From positions 505,520-537,519 of the forward strand of contig OY781061.1 in the NCBI GenBank assembly GCA_963676515.1: a stretch of 32,000 nucleotides of DNA, given 5' to 3'. The first letter of the stretch is position 1. Each line of letters begins with the position of its first letter. The DNA comes from Candidatus Cloacimonadota bacterium (GTDB lineage Bacteria > Cloacimonadota > Cloacimonadia > G963667145). The notes beneath the pieces were generated by a model. That model made no database searches. It was not told where the DNA came from and worked only from the letters and a program-made list of their open reading frames with translations. Made by a program: the position numbers and the translations under genes. Positions 17,446 through 26,112 of this stretch are shown piece after piece.

Positions 17446-18607
17446 TTTTTACGACAAAATAAAAGAGGATCCTAAAAATCCCGAACAATACATTGTTGAC
17501 GGTGAAACTTTCAAAGAAATTATTTCCGAAGAAGTTATTCAAAATTTCCCCTTAAACAACATAAAGTTTACCAACGGCAAACTCGTGGAGGGGGAAGAAG
17601 ACAGCGATGAAAAAAAATTCGTTATCCAAAACCACAACTTTGAAAGTGATCTCAAATTTAGCAATTGCATCTTTGAAGAAGAATTGTCTTTCATAAATTG
17701 CTCTTTTAGAGAAGATGTTACTTTTAAAAATTGCACTTTCAAAAACAAAGTAATCTTGGACGGAAACAAGCTTGCAAAATATCTTATTTTTGATAACCCA
17801 ACTTTTTGTAAGAATGTGTTTATCAAAAAAAGTTCCGACTTAGAGGGAAGTTTTTGCAAATTAAAATTTGATACTGTCTCTTTCCAAAAAATAAACGGAG
17901 AATATCCAGAGATTTTTTTGGAAAACAACTCTTTAGATAAACTCCACCTTAAATATTTCACAAATCAAGCTATAAACTTCCGCTTGATAAATACTAAAAT
18001 CATCAGCAAATTGCAACTAGAAAGTTCCACACTGGACAATATGGAATTCACAGGGCTCAATCTAGAAAATGCAGAGAAAATAAAAATCAAAAACTCCTCT
18101 TTTTACAAAACTCTTTTTAACAATGTAAAATGGGGTGATGTTACAGAAAATCGATTCAATACAGACAGCGATACTTTACGCCAGCTGAAACACGCCAATG
18201 ACCTGCAAGGCAACCATATCCAAGCTAATAAGTTTTATCGACTAGAGATGATAAAATACGGAAAAGAGCTAGAATGGTACAACTTTTTGGACAAGATAGT
18301 ATTCACTGCAGGGAAATATGTTTCTGATTTTTCGCAAAACTGGTTTTTACCACTATTTTGGTACTTTTGTATCGGAATAGTCCTTTTTGCTTTGGTTTGT
18401 TTTCAAGAAGTTAATCCTTCTTTTTTAGATTTTGCCAACTTCGTAAACCCTTTTGTAAATCCGTGTAATTTAGAAAAATTTACGAACCCAGAAGCCAGTA
18501 TAGCTGTAAAAAACACAATTATAATTTACTTTATTTTCCGATTTATCGCTATATTCATAGGCTACCAGTTGGTGATTTCTCTTCGGGCAAAAACTAGAAG
18601 AAGATAA
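17438..18607 (+). CDS. Pentapeptide-repeat-like protein with a C-terminal two-helix membrane anchor
   Basis: The central region has 5-residue periodicity (LKFSNCIFEEELSFINCSFREDVTFKNCTFKNKVILDG...). Two hydrophobic helices lie at the C-terminus. The start is set at 17438, with GTGGAG upstream and an 8 nt overlap with the GT2 stop. Confidence 0.55.
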   Translation: MIDFYDKIKEDPKNPEQYIVDGETFKEIISEEVIQNFPLNNIKFTNGKLVEGEEDSDEKKFVIQNHNFESDLKFSNCIFEEELSFINCSFREDVTFKNCTFKNKVILDGNKLAKYLIFDNPTFCKNVFIKKSSDLEGSFCKLKFDTVSFQKINGEYPEIFLENNSLDKLHLKYFTNQAINFRLINTKIISKLQLESSTLDNMEFTGLNLENAEKIKIKNSSFYKTLFNNVKWGDVTENRFNTDSDTLRQLKHANDLQGNHIQANKFYRLEMIKYGKELEWYNFLDKIVFTAGKYVSDFSQNWFLPLFWYFCIGIVLFALVCFQEVNPSFLDFANFVNPFVNPCNLEKFTNPEASIAVKNTIIIYFIFRFIAIFIGYQLVISLRAKTRRR

Positions 18608-18608
18608 A

Positions 18609-20006
18609 CTAAAATTCTATCTTCGCTCCCTCTTGGGTGTCTACCACTTTTAGCCCCAGTTTTTGTAAATCGTCTCTGATTTTGTCCGCCAACTTCCAGT
18701 TTTTCTCTTGCTTGGCAATAGTACGATATCTCAGCAGAAGACTCAAAAGTTGCTCTTCCAATCCTTGAATAGTTGGCTGAGCCGCTTTCTTTTTCAGTTG
18801 CTCCTCTAAGTCGGAAAAGAAACCCAAAACTTTGCCTAAAACTACCAAAGTAGCAGCTGCTTGCTGACGGATTTGAAGAGGATTGTTTTGCTTTTTGGCA
18901 AGTTTGGCTAACCCAAACAACACAGCTAAAGCTTTGGCGGTGTTGAAGTCGTCGTCCATAGCTATGACAAATGTAGCCACCTCTTCTTTCAAAAGCTCAC
19001 AATTGTCTATTTCTACTTTGTAAGAAAGATAATCCACAGATTGCAGAGCACTGATGAAGTTGTCCAAAGCTACTTTGGACTCTTGCATGATTTTTTTATT
19101 GAAGTCGATCGAAGTTCTGTAATGTTTAGACAAGAAAAACAAGCGGATAACATCGGCGGCGTAATGCTTCAAGATGTCACGAGCAGTAAAGAAATTATTC
19201 AGCGATTTGGACATCTTCTCGCCTTCGATGTTCAAAAATCCGTTGTGCATCCAATAACCGACAAACTTCTTGCTCGATAAAGCCTCAGCTTGAGCTATTT
19301 CGTTCTCATGATGCGGGAAGATGAGGTCTATACCTCCACCGTGGATGTCAAAGCTCTCTCCCAATAGGTCTCGGCTCATCACCACGCATTCGGAGTGCCA
19401 ACCAGGTCTGCCAGCTCCCCAAGGGCTATCCCAAGACGGCTCATCGGGTTTGGACGCTTTCCAGAGGGTGAAATCGGCTGGATGCTTCTTGGCAGAGTTT
19501 ACCTCTACTCTGGCTCCAGCTCGCAGATCTTCCAGCTTCTTCCCCGAAAGTTTGCCATATTCAGCAAATTTAGAGACTTGGAAATAAAGGTCTCCGCCTG
19601 CTTGATATGCGTAGCCTTTATTCTCTAGCTCTTGCAAAAATATTATCATCTTGTCGATGTATTCAGTTGCTTTGGGATTATAGTCGGCAGGCATAATATT
19701 TAAGGCTCTGGTATCTTCTTGAAAAGCTTCTATATATTTTTCGTTGATTTGCGAGATATCCACACCCTCTTTTTGAGCTTGAGCGATTATTTTGTCATCT
19801 ATATCGGTCAGATTTTGGACAAAAGTAACTTGATAACCTTGATAAAGGAAATATCTACGCACGACATCAAAAAAGAGAAACGGACGAGCATTGCCAATAT
19901 GAAAATAGTTGTAAACCGTGGGACCACACACATAGAGCTTGACCTTGCCTTCTTGCTGAGGGACAAATTCCCGCTTTTTTTTAGCCAATGTGTCAAAAAT
20001 TTTCAT
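18609..20006 (-). CDS. cysS: Cysteine--tRNA ligase
   Basis: 465 aa. It has the HIGH-type motif (HIGNARP), the KMSKS motif (GEKMSKSLNNF), and WHSECVVMS / IHGGGIDLIFPHHENE, which are typical of CysRS. Confidence 0.95.
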   Translation of the reverse strand: MKIFDTLAKKKREFVPQQEGKVKLYVCGPTVYNYFHIGNARPFLFFDVVRRYFLYQGYQVTFVQNLTDIDDKIIAQAQKEGVDISQINEKYIEAFQEDTRALNIMPADYNPKATEYIDKMIIFLQELENKGYAYQAGGDLYFQVSKFAEYGKLSGKKLEDLRAGARVEVNSAKKHPADFTLWKASKPDEPSWDSPWGAGRPGWHSECVVMSRDLLGESFDIHGGGIDLIFPHHENEIAQAEALSSKKFVGYWMHNGFLNIEGEKMSKSLNNFFTARDILKHYAADVIRLFFLSKHYRTSIDFNKKIMQESKVALDNFISALQSVDYLSYKVEIDNCELLKEEVATFVIAMDDDFNTAKALAVLFGLAKLAKKQNNPLQIRQQAAATLVVLGKVLGFFSDLEEQLKKKAAQPTIQGLEEQLLSLLLRYRTIAKQEKNWKLADKIRDDLQKLGLKVVDTQEGAKIEF

Positions 20007-21214
20007 CGTATCTCCTTTAAAACTAATCTATTTATTCTGTTGTTGCTAATTTTTTCTATCACCAGTTTTTTCGTGCTATCTATTTCCAAAAAATCACCTG
20101 GAGATGGCACTTTGTCCAGCTTGTCGTACACATATTCGGAGACATTATCGTACTCATCCGCTGGCAAATGCAGAGCAAATTCCTGATTGAGGAAATAGAG
20201 ATTGCAACTACCGTCTATCTTGTAACCCTCGCTGGTTTTCTCGACCATCGGCTCTTCCGTGTCGGACTCGTCTAAAATCTCGCCGACTAGCTCTTCCAAC
20301 ACATCTTCCATCGTAACTATACCGCAGGTGCCGCCGTACTCGTTCACCACCACCGCCATATGCTTACGACCTGATTTGAAGAGGTTCAGCACCTTAGCGA
20401 TAGGCATGTTCTCTGTAACAAACAATGGCTCTCGCATCAGCTTATCGATGCGAAAAAATTTTTCTTCTTGCAAAATAATATCTTTGGCGTAGATAAAACC
20501 AACGATGTTGTCTATCTCTTCCCGATAGACAGGAATGCGAGAGAATCCGCTCTCCACGATAACCTTAACCACCTCTCGTGGCGAATGCCCCAACTCAATA
20601 GCTACCATATCCACTCTGGGACTCATCACCTGAGCTATCTTGGTATCTGGAAATCGCAAAATATTTTTCATAAGTTTTTTTTGCTTCCGATCGAGGCTCA
20701 ATTTACCAGAATCAACCAAGTCTCCTATCTCTTTTTTGGTAACTGCATTATTTTTCTTATTTCTAGCCAACAACTTACCCATAAGCTCGATACCAAAAAT
20801 GAAAGGGAAAAGAAGATAAATCAGAGGCTCCAAAATAATGGCAGAGTTCCTCACCACGAACTTGGAATGTTTGTAGCAAAAAATCTTGGGCAATATCTCA
20901 CCGAAAACCAGCAAAAACAACCAAACTACGAAAATCTCTCCGCAAAGTGCCCATTCCAATTTCCAGCCATAATCTTCCGCCAACAGAAGTGCAAAGAAAG
21001 TGGCGACAGAAGCGATCATTACATTCACGACGGTGTTGGAGATGAGGATAGCCACCAATAGTCGATTGGGATAAGCGTAGAGCCGCTGCACTCTCTTGGA
21101 TAGTTGCCAGAGTCTGCGTTGCTCTATCTTGGAGATGGAAAAGTAGGCTGACTCTGCCCCAGAAAAAAAACTGGAAAGAAGAAAAAGCAAGGCTAAAATA
21201 TAAAGGTGGCTCAT
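20003..21214 (-). CDS. CNNM/DUF21 membrane protein with a CBS pair and a CorC_HlyC domain (hemolysin-family, putative Mg/Co efflux)
   Basis: 403 aa. It has four N-terminal TM helices (GEILPK motif), a CBS pair (VMSPRVDMVAI...; EYGGTCGIVTMEDVLEELVGEI) and a C-terminal transporter-associated domain. Confidence 0.85.
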   Translation of the reverse strand: MSHLYILALLFLLSSFFSGAESAYFSISKIEQRRLWQLSKRVQRLYAYPNRLLVAILISNTVVNVMIASVATFFALLLAEDYGWKLEWALCGEIFVVWLFLLVFGEILPKIFCYKHSKFVVRNSAIILEPLIYLLFPFIFGIELMGKLLARNKKNNAVTKKEIGDLVDSGKLSLDRKQKKLMKNILRFPDTKIAQVMSPRVDMVAIELGHSPREVVKVIVESGFSRIPVYREEIDNIVGFIYAKDIILQEEKFFRIDKLMREPLFVTENMPIAKVLNLFKSGRKHMAVVVNEYGGTCGIVTMEDVLEELVGEILDESDTEEPMVEKTSEGYKIDGSCNLYFLNQEFALHLPADEYDNVSEYVYDKLDKVPSPGDFLEIDSTKKLVIEKISNNRINRLVLKEIR

Positions 21215-21609
21215 TCGTCCGCCTGCAAGAGTGCTAGCTCTTTAGTTTGCATGGTTTTTTTTTGCTCGTCAGTAAAGTGATCATAGCCCGCCAGATGACA
21301 AACCCCGTGAGCAAAGACAGAGTGCAAATCTTGGGCTAGACCCTTTTTGCCACTTCTATCTCTCAGATATTCCAAGCAGATAAGCAAACTCCCGTAATTA
21401 CTACTCAGCTCAAAAGAAAGAATGTCCGTCTTTTGCTCTAGACCACGAAACTCTTTGTTTTGTCTGCAGATAAATTCGCTATCACACAAGCAGAGATCTA
21501 GCGTATAATCTTTGGGCAAAAGTTTAATCTGCTCAGCTTTAACATAGATTTCCTCCAGCGGAGAAAAATCTAGTTCGATTTTGGTTTGATTTTCAATATT
21601 TAGTATCAT
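21211..21609 (-). CDS. ybeY: Endoribonuclease YbeY (rRNA maturation)
   Basis: 132 aa with the zinc motif HGVCHLAGYDH. Its stop overlaps the downstream CNNM gene, which is the usual ybeY-corC neighbourhood. Confidence 0.85.
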   Translation of the reverse strand: MILNIENQTKIELDFSPLEEIYVKAEQIKLLPKDYTLDLCLCDSEFICRQNKEFRGLEQKTDILSFELSSNYGSLLICLEYLRDRSGKKGLAQDLHSVFAHGVCHLAGYDHFTDEQKKTMQTKELALLQADE

Positions 21610-21755
21610 AACTTAATTTCAACTTCATTTCTGCCCTAAGCGATGTCAACACAAATTTTCCTTGACGGCACTCTAAAAGATTTTTTTTTGCTATATAATA
21701 CTTTGCACTAATAAATAAACTCAAATGAGGTGATTATTTTAATCAACAAAAATTT

Positions 21756-23120
21756 ATGATAAAAGTTATAATTGACGAGAAACTAGATAATTACAAAAAG
21801 CAAATTAGAGATGTTATTGATCTTAGCTTTAACTATTTGGGTATTCAATACGAGATTATTTCGGGTCTAGTGGAGATAAATGTGGAGGATGTCCTCGTTT
21901 GTTACTCTCTACAAAAACCTTCCACACGAGAAATAACGGAACTTATCGGGCTTAGTGCCAGCACAAATATATTTTTTATCACTATCAATTTGGAGCTATA
22001 CGAAAAAATCGGTCTTTCTAGGCTAAAATCTCTGAAAAAAGAGTTTCACGATTTTTACATCTTAGGAAACGAACCGCCAACTATTGAGAAGAAAAAAGGC
22101 GAATTTGGCAACTTTTTCTTTTACAACTTCGACCTTTGGGGCAACCTTTTCCAGCTAGCTAACTACCAAAAAAATAGCTCCATACCCGTCTGCAATCTAC
22201 TAATATCTGATTTCTTGCAACTTGTCAAAAATTGTGTCTCTAACGACGAGTTTTTCCTCATTCGCACAAAACTTTGGCCAGAAAATCAGAAATTTGCTCT
22301 GTGTCTGACTGCAGAGATCGACAAACTATACAAATGGCAAAGCTACTCAAAAACTTTGAAAAAAATCTTACTCAACCTCTTTGCTCACCCTTTGGCAGCT
22401 CTGCAAGAGTACTTTGAACTAAATTTCAAAAGCGAAGAACCTTATTGGGTGTTCCCTCTCTTGCAATCTATCCCCAATATTACCTACTGTTTGCCCGCAA
22501 AAAATGACAACTTTGATCCGCAAGAGAAAAGTGTCGCTAATCAACTCTCAGCCTTGGAAAAACAACTAATTAAACTAGAGACCAAAAAGTTGCCCACCTA
22601 TAAGAGCTTTTTATTCCCGCTCTGTTACTCAGAGGTTTCCGTTTGTTTGAATAGTAGCGAGTTCGTAAAAGGTGGCTACAAACACCTGAGCGAATCTGCC
22701 GCCCAAGCTCTGGTCGCTACCAGCATAGACAATGGACACCTAGCTGGTGGCGTAACTTGTCTGGGCTTTAGATTTTCCGACCTCTACGACATACCCTACG
22801 CCTTCAAGATACTCGAAAATCTAGTAAAACTAGGGAAAAAACCCGCTGTTTACTTCGCCGACCAAAACCAAATCAAGAGTTGGCTAAAACTTCGCCAAAA
22901 AATCAAATGGGTAGTCGAGCAAAATAAGGTGAAAATCCTCAGCAACTACGATATAGAAAACCTTGTGCTAGAAATTATCGGAAATTACGAAGTGGAGTCC
23001 CACACAGGTTGTACTTTGCGAATCGAAAAAAACCTACTTTACATCAGCAATATCAAAAAATACACCACAGCAACTCTCACGCTGAAGAAATTTTATCGTC
23101 TTAATCGACGGATAGATTAA
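21756..23120 (+). CDS. Hypothetical protein (454 aa, no motif I can recognise)
   Basis: A long uninterrupted ORF with plausible codon usage and no strong hydrophobic segments. I recognise no family by eye. Confidence 0.5.
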   Translation: MIKVIIDEKLDNYKKQIRDVIDLSFNYLGIQYEIISGLVEINVEDVLVCYSLQKPSTREITELIGLSASTNIFFITINLELYEKIGLSRLKSLKKEFHDFYILGNEPPTIEKKKGEFGNFFFYNFDLWGNLFQLANYQKNSSIPVCNLLISDFLQLVKNCVSNDEFFLIRTKLWPENQKFALCLTAEIDKLYKWQSYSKTLKKILLNLFAHPLAALQEYFELNFKSEEPYWVFPLLQSIPNITYCLPAKNDNFDPQEKSVANQLSALEKQLIKLETKKLPTYKSFLFPLCYSEVSVCLNSSEFVKGGYKHLSESAAQALVATSIDNGHLAGGVTCLGFRFSDLYDIPYAFKILENLVKLGKKPAVYFADQNQIKSWLKLRQKIKWVVEQNKVKILSNYDIENLVLEIIGNYEVESHTGCTLRIEKNLLYISNIKKYTTATLTLKKFYRLNRRID

Positions 23121-23487
23121 TAATTCCAAAAGCAAAACAAACTTTTTTCTTAATTGACGATTGTCCCGAGAACCCCTCTCTATAAATCTGCACAAGCATT
23201 ACCTCTACCTTTCGATAGTCCGCTAACACCCGTGGTGTCTTCACCTTTCCCCCGCTCCAGCTGTGCAAAGAGAGGTGCTTTACTTTTTATGAGTGTCGAA
23301 GCAAATTATGGCTTCTTCTTGTCGGAAAGCTACGCTAAGGCAGTTGAACGCTCTGTCTTGAGCTTTTTGGGCAGATGACCACTCATCTGGGCTGCTCTAG
23401 TGCCTTCATAAGCGTTGAGTTTGCCACCGAAGGAGATGATGGAAACAGTTTGCGAGGTCAATTTTTGCAGTTTTATTTTTGTTTAAT

Positions 23488-23525
23488 AAAATAAAAAAGT
23501 CGTCCTTTTTTTACAAAGACGACTT
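23488..23525 (-). terminator. Rho-independent terminator of the tRNA operon
   Basis: On the minus strand, AAGTCGTC - 13 nt loop - GACGACTT is followed by TTTTTATTTTATT. It lies directly downstream of tRNA-Leu. Confidence 0.75.
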
Positions 23526-23533
23526 ATTATAAT

Positions 23534-23621
23534 TGGTACCAGAGACCGGACTTGAACCGGTACAGGCTAAAAGCCCGAGGGATTTTAAGTCCCTTGTGTC
23601 TACCAATTCCACCACTCCGGC
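23534..23621 (-). tRNA. tRNA-Leu (anticodon UAA), long variable arm, CCA encoded
   Basis: Reverse complement: GCCGGAGTGGTGGAATTGGTAGACACAAGGGACTTAAAATCCCTCGGGCTTTTAGCCTGTACCGGTTCAAGTCCGGTCTCTGGTACCA. It folds as a cloverleaf with anticodon loop CTTAAAA and T-arm ACCGG/CCGGT. The acceptor stem has two G-U pairs. Confidence 0.85.
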
Positions 23622-23635
23622 AATCTTTTGGAAAT

Positions 23636-23709
23636 TGGAGGCGACACCCAGATTCGAACTGGGGATGAGGATTTTGCAGACCCTTGCCTTACCACTTGGC
23701 GATGTCGCC
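23636..23709 (-). tRNA. tRNA-Cys (anticodon GCA), CCA encoded
   Basis: Reverse complement: GGCGACATCGCCAAGTGGTAAGGCAAGGGTCTGCAAAATCCTCATCCCCAGTTCGAATCTGGGTGTCGCCTCCA. Acceptor GGCGACA/TGTCGCC, anticodon loop CTGCAAA, T-loop TTCGAAT. Confidence 0.9.
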
Positions 23710-23719
23710 GCAAAAAAAA

Positions 23720-23794
23720 TGGAGCGGAAGACGAGAATTGAACTCGCGACCCTCACGTTGGCAACGTGATGCTCTACCGCTGAGCTACTCCCGC
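23720..23794 (-). tRNA. tRNA-Gly (anticodon GCC), CCA encoded
   Basis: Reverse complement: GCGGGAGTAGCTCAGCGGTAGAGCATCACGTTGCCAACGTGAGGGTCGCGAGTTCAATTCTCGTCTTCCGCTCCA. Anticodon stem TCACG/CGTGA, loop TTGCCAA. Confidence 0.9.
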
Positions 23795-23801
23795 AATTTT
23801 T

Positions 23802-23832
23802 CTCATAAAATTTTTGAGCGTTTTACTGTCAA
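23802..23832 (-). promoter_or_regulatory. Candidate sigma70-type promoter of the tRNA operon
   Basis: On the minus strand a perfect TTGACA (23832-23827) is followed by TTTATG at 17 nt spacing or TATGAG at 19 nt. It lies 8-10 nt upstream of the tRNA-Gly 5' end. Confidence 0.45.
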
Positions 23833-23879
23833 CTTGTTTTTCTGTTTTTGGTGGAAAGAAATAACGCTTCCGCTTCCAA

Positions 23880-24614
23880 CTATTTCGAGCTTGGGCAAAA
23901 GCGGTTTAATTCCAGTATCCCGCAAACACCTGCGGCGGTAGTGCCAAAGACTGCATAATCTTTGCCGAAAGTTTCGATAGCGTTCATTATTTTGTCGAAA
24001 GAGTCGTTGCAAAGCGTAGAGCCCGTGAAAAGGATAAAATCTCCTGTTTGGAGCAAATCGTCGTTCACCAGATTGCCATCTTCGATAGTGATGCCAAATT
24101 TCCGTTTGCCTATCCAGTCGGGATCTAGGTCGCTACATCGCACTTGCAATCCAGCATCCAGTAACTTTTGCAAGATAGCGGGATTAAGCCCAATCATCGA
24201 TATTTTGCCTTTTTGCTCTCGTAACTGCTCCGCTATCCAGCGTCCGCACTCTTCTGGCTCTTCGTCCTTACAATGAATGGTCTGCCCACAACAGCCCAGA
24301 TAAGCTGCCACGGCGTTTATCGTAGCCACCTGCAAAGCTCTATTGGCTGACTGTGAGCTATCCAGAGCGAAAACCTCTTGCAAAGTGCCCACAAATTCAG
24401 CAGGGTTGGTGGTAAAGGCTTGCCCTTTGAACCCCTGAAAATCGGCTTGGATCATGATCTCTTTGCCTTTTTGGATAGGAAAATCTTGCCTCTGGGGAGT
24501 GCCAATAGCCTCTGTTACACTCAATCCTTTAACATAGATAGCGACCTGCGTGTGTAGCTCGCCTACCAATAACTTGCCTATCTCGTGCAGGCTCAATCGT
24601 AAATAATCTTTCAC
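23880..24614 (-). CDS. DUF4213/DUF364-type putative heavy-metal chelation domain protein
   Basis: 244 aa. The N-terminal pattern (...VKGLSVTEAIGTPQRQDFPIQKGKEIMIQA...ANRALQVATINAVAAYL) and the Rossmann-like C-half (ISMIGLNPAILQKLL...) resemble that family. GTG start with a GTGA overlap on the upstream stop. Confidence 0.55.
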   Translation of the reverse strand: MKDYLRLSLHEIGKLLVGELHTQVAIYVKGLSVTEAIGTPQRQDFPIQKGKEIMIQADFQGFKGQAFTTNPAEFVGTLQEVFALDSSQSANRALQVATINAVAAYLGCCGQTIHCKDEEPEECGRWIAEQLREQKGKISMIGLNPAILQKLLDAGLQVRCSDLDPDWIGKRKFGITIEDGNLVNDDLLQTGDFILFTGSTLCNDSFDKIMNAIETFGKDYAVFGTTAAGVCGILELNRFCPSSK

Positions 24615-25474
24615 TTTATTTCCTTTTTGCGTAAATTTATAAAGCCGCTTTCCGTGAACTTGTCCAATGTGGACGACAATATAAGATACTCATAAAACTT
24701 TTTTAACTCGTCAGAACAATCTGAGATAAGAATAGCTTCAAACTCTATCTTGGGTACTTTGCTTTGCAATTGGTAGATTACCTGCACATTAGAGGAAATC
24801 TGGGCATCGGAATAAGCAACTATTCCCAGATCTACACTACCCGAAGCGACCATACTCAGAGCTGCCACATCGTTCATCGCACAGACGATTTTTTCTTGGG
24901 CAAACTGCCAGATGGCGTGATTTTCCAGATACTTCTTCACATACTTGCCCATCGGTGCGTGCGTGTAGTCAGCGATAACTATCTTGTCGGCTGTGAGGAT
25001 ATCTTTGGGGCTATTCACTTTTAATGCTGAGCCTTTGGGTGCTATCACTACCAAGCTGTTGCCCAAAATTGTCTGGCTATGTCTATAGTAGCCTTCCTTT
25101 TCCAGATAGCGACTCCACTTGCGATTACCGCTAATAATAACCCCATAAGCTCTGCCGTTTTGCAGTTGCTTGACCAGCACAGGAGGGGTAGCATAATTCA
25201 CAGTAAAGGGTCGCTCTATACCCAAATAATAGGCATCCAAAAGCGGTTCGAGGGTTTTTTCAAGACAAGGAGGAGCCCCCAATACCGCTATAGGAGCTCC
25301 CTTGTCTTTGTCTAGTAAGCCAAATTTATCACAAAAAAATAAAGCCAGAAGAATAAAACTTAGGAAAAGGAATAAAAAAGCTTTAAACCCCGGCTTTACT
25401 TTGTTTTTTAATTTAATGACTTCCTCTGGAATGTTCGGTGCAAGCAGATCCTTTGCTAATAAGATTATCGGCAA
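24611..25474 (-). CDS. ModA-like molybdate/tungstate substrate-binding protein with an N-terminal membrane anchor
   Basis: 287 aa. A TM anchor (FKAFLFLFLSFILLALFF) is followed by a type-2 periplasmic binding fold pattern (YGVIISGNRKW...GNSLVVIAPKGS...IADYTHAPMGKY...DLGIVAYSDA). The start is uncertain, because the ORF overlaps the upstream gene by 62 nt. Confidence 0.6.
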   Translation of the reverse strand: MPIILLAKDLLAPNIPEEVIKLKNKVKPGFKAFLFLFLSFILLALFFCDKFGLLDKDKGAPIAVLGAPPCLEKTLEPLLDAYYLGIERPFTVNYATPPVLVKQLQNGRAYGVIISGNRKWSRYLEKEGYYRHSQTILGNSLVVIAPKGSALKVNSPKDILTADKIVIADYTHAPMGKYVKKYLENHAIWQFAQEKIVCAMNDVAALSMVASGSVDLGIVAYSDAQISSNVQVIYQLQSKVPKIEFEAILISDCSDELKKFYEYLILSSTLDKFTESGFINLRKKEIK

Positions 25475-25763
25475 GATATTTGCTCACCAAATCTTCTATA
25501 ATTCCGCTAGCTCCTAGCACGGTCTTGATGCCTTGCTGAGCGAAAAGATCTATCGCCATAGAACCCATACCACCAGTGATAATCACATCCGCTTTTTGTT
25601 CGCCCAAAAATTTCGGCATCACTCCTGGAGCGTGCCCAGGTGATGCTACAAATTCTGTTTTCACTATTTTGCCGTCTGCTACATCCACCAAAGCGAAATA
25701 GGAACACTGTCCAAAATGTTCTTCAACGCTCTTTTTATCGTTAGTTGGAAAAGCTAATTTCAT
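25413..25763 (-). CDS. NifX/NifB-C-type (dinitrogenase FeMo-cofactor-binding fold) small protein
   Basis: 116 aa. MKLAFPTNDKKSVEEHFGQCSYFALVDV...ADVIITGGMGSMAIDLFAQQGIKTV matches the HFG...f.i.d / ...vi.g.iG core of that family. Confidence 0.75.
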   Translation of the reverse strand: MKLAFPTNDKKSVEEHFGQCSYFALVDVADGKIVKTEFVASPGHAPGVMPKFLGEQKADVIITGGMGSMAIDLFAQQGIKTVLGASGIIEDLVSKYLADNLISKGSACTEHSRGSH

Positions 25764-25776
25764 TTTTTCTCCTTGA

Positions 25777-26112
25777 TTAGAATAATTTTAATTCGCCATT
25801 TTTGTAAGCAGCGATAGCTTCCACTCCGCTCATAGCACCAGCTCCCACATACATCTTGACTCCCAGCTCGTCCAGCACTCTCTTGGCGTTCCCACCTGGA
25901 CCATTACCAGTAATGACCACCTCTACCTCTTTTCCTTCCAATTTGGAAGCTGTCAAAGGACCTACTCCGTGAGCTTGCTCTTTGCAAGCACTGTTGTCGA
26001 TGACTTCTATCACTTTCTCGTCTTCGCATATTAATAAAAATTCTGTTCTGCCAAATCTAGGGTCGATAGAATCTGTAAGAGTTTGACCTTTAGAAGTTAC
26101 TGCTATTTTCAT
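25777..26112 (-). CDS. NifX/NifB-C-type small protein (orange-protein-like)
   Basis: 111 aa. MKIAVTSKGQTLTDSIDPRFGRTEFLLICED...VEVVITGNGPGGNAKRVLDELGVKMY is the same fold family as the Desulfovibrio ORP protein. Confidence 0.75.
   Translation of the reverse strand: MKIAVTSKGQTLTDSIDPRFGRTEFLLICEDEKVIEVIDNSACKEQAHGVGPLTASKLEGKEVEVVITGNGPGGNAKRVLDELGVKMYVGAGAMSGVEAIAAYKNGELKLF

Noticed and set aside
23154-23378. 74 aa plus-strand ORF in the gap before the tRNA operon
   Set aside because: It has no RBS and a Pro/Ser/Leu-rich chance-like composition. I kept the region only as an unassigned candidate RNA locus.
23300-23400. SRP (4.5S) RNA, because GTCGGAAAGCTACGCTAAGGCAGTTGAACGC loosely resembles CCGGAAGGAAGCAGCCAAGGCAGATGACGC
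   Set aside because: The GGAA tetraloop is not closed by a proper helix, and the conserved symmetric-loop nucleotides cannot be placed. I also looked for the tmRNA (GGGGCUGA...UCCACCA) and RNase P (GAGGAAAGUCC) boxes and did not find them on either strand.
23511-23941. ORFs 23511-23756 (-), 23533-23769 (+) and 23684-23941 (+)
   Set aside because: They are translations across the three tRNA genes and their promoter region.
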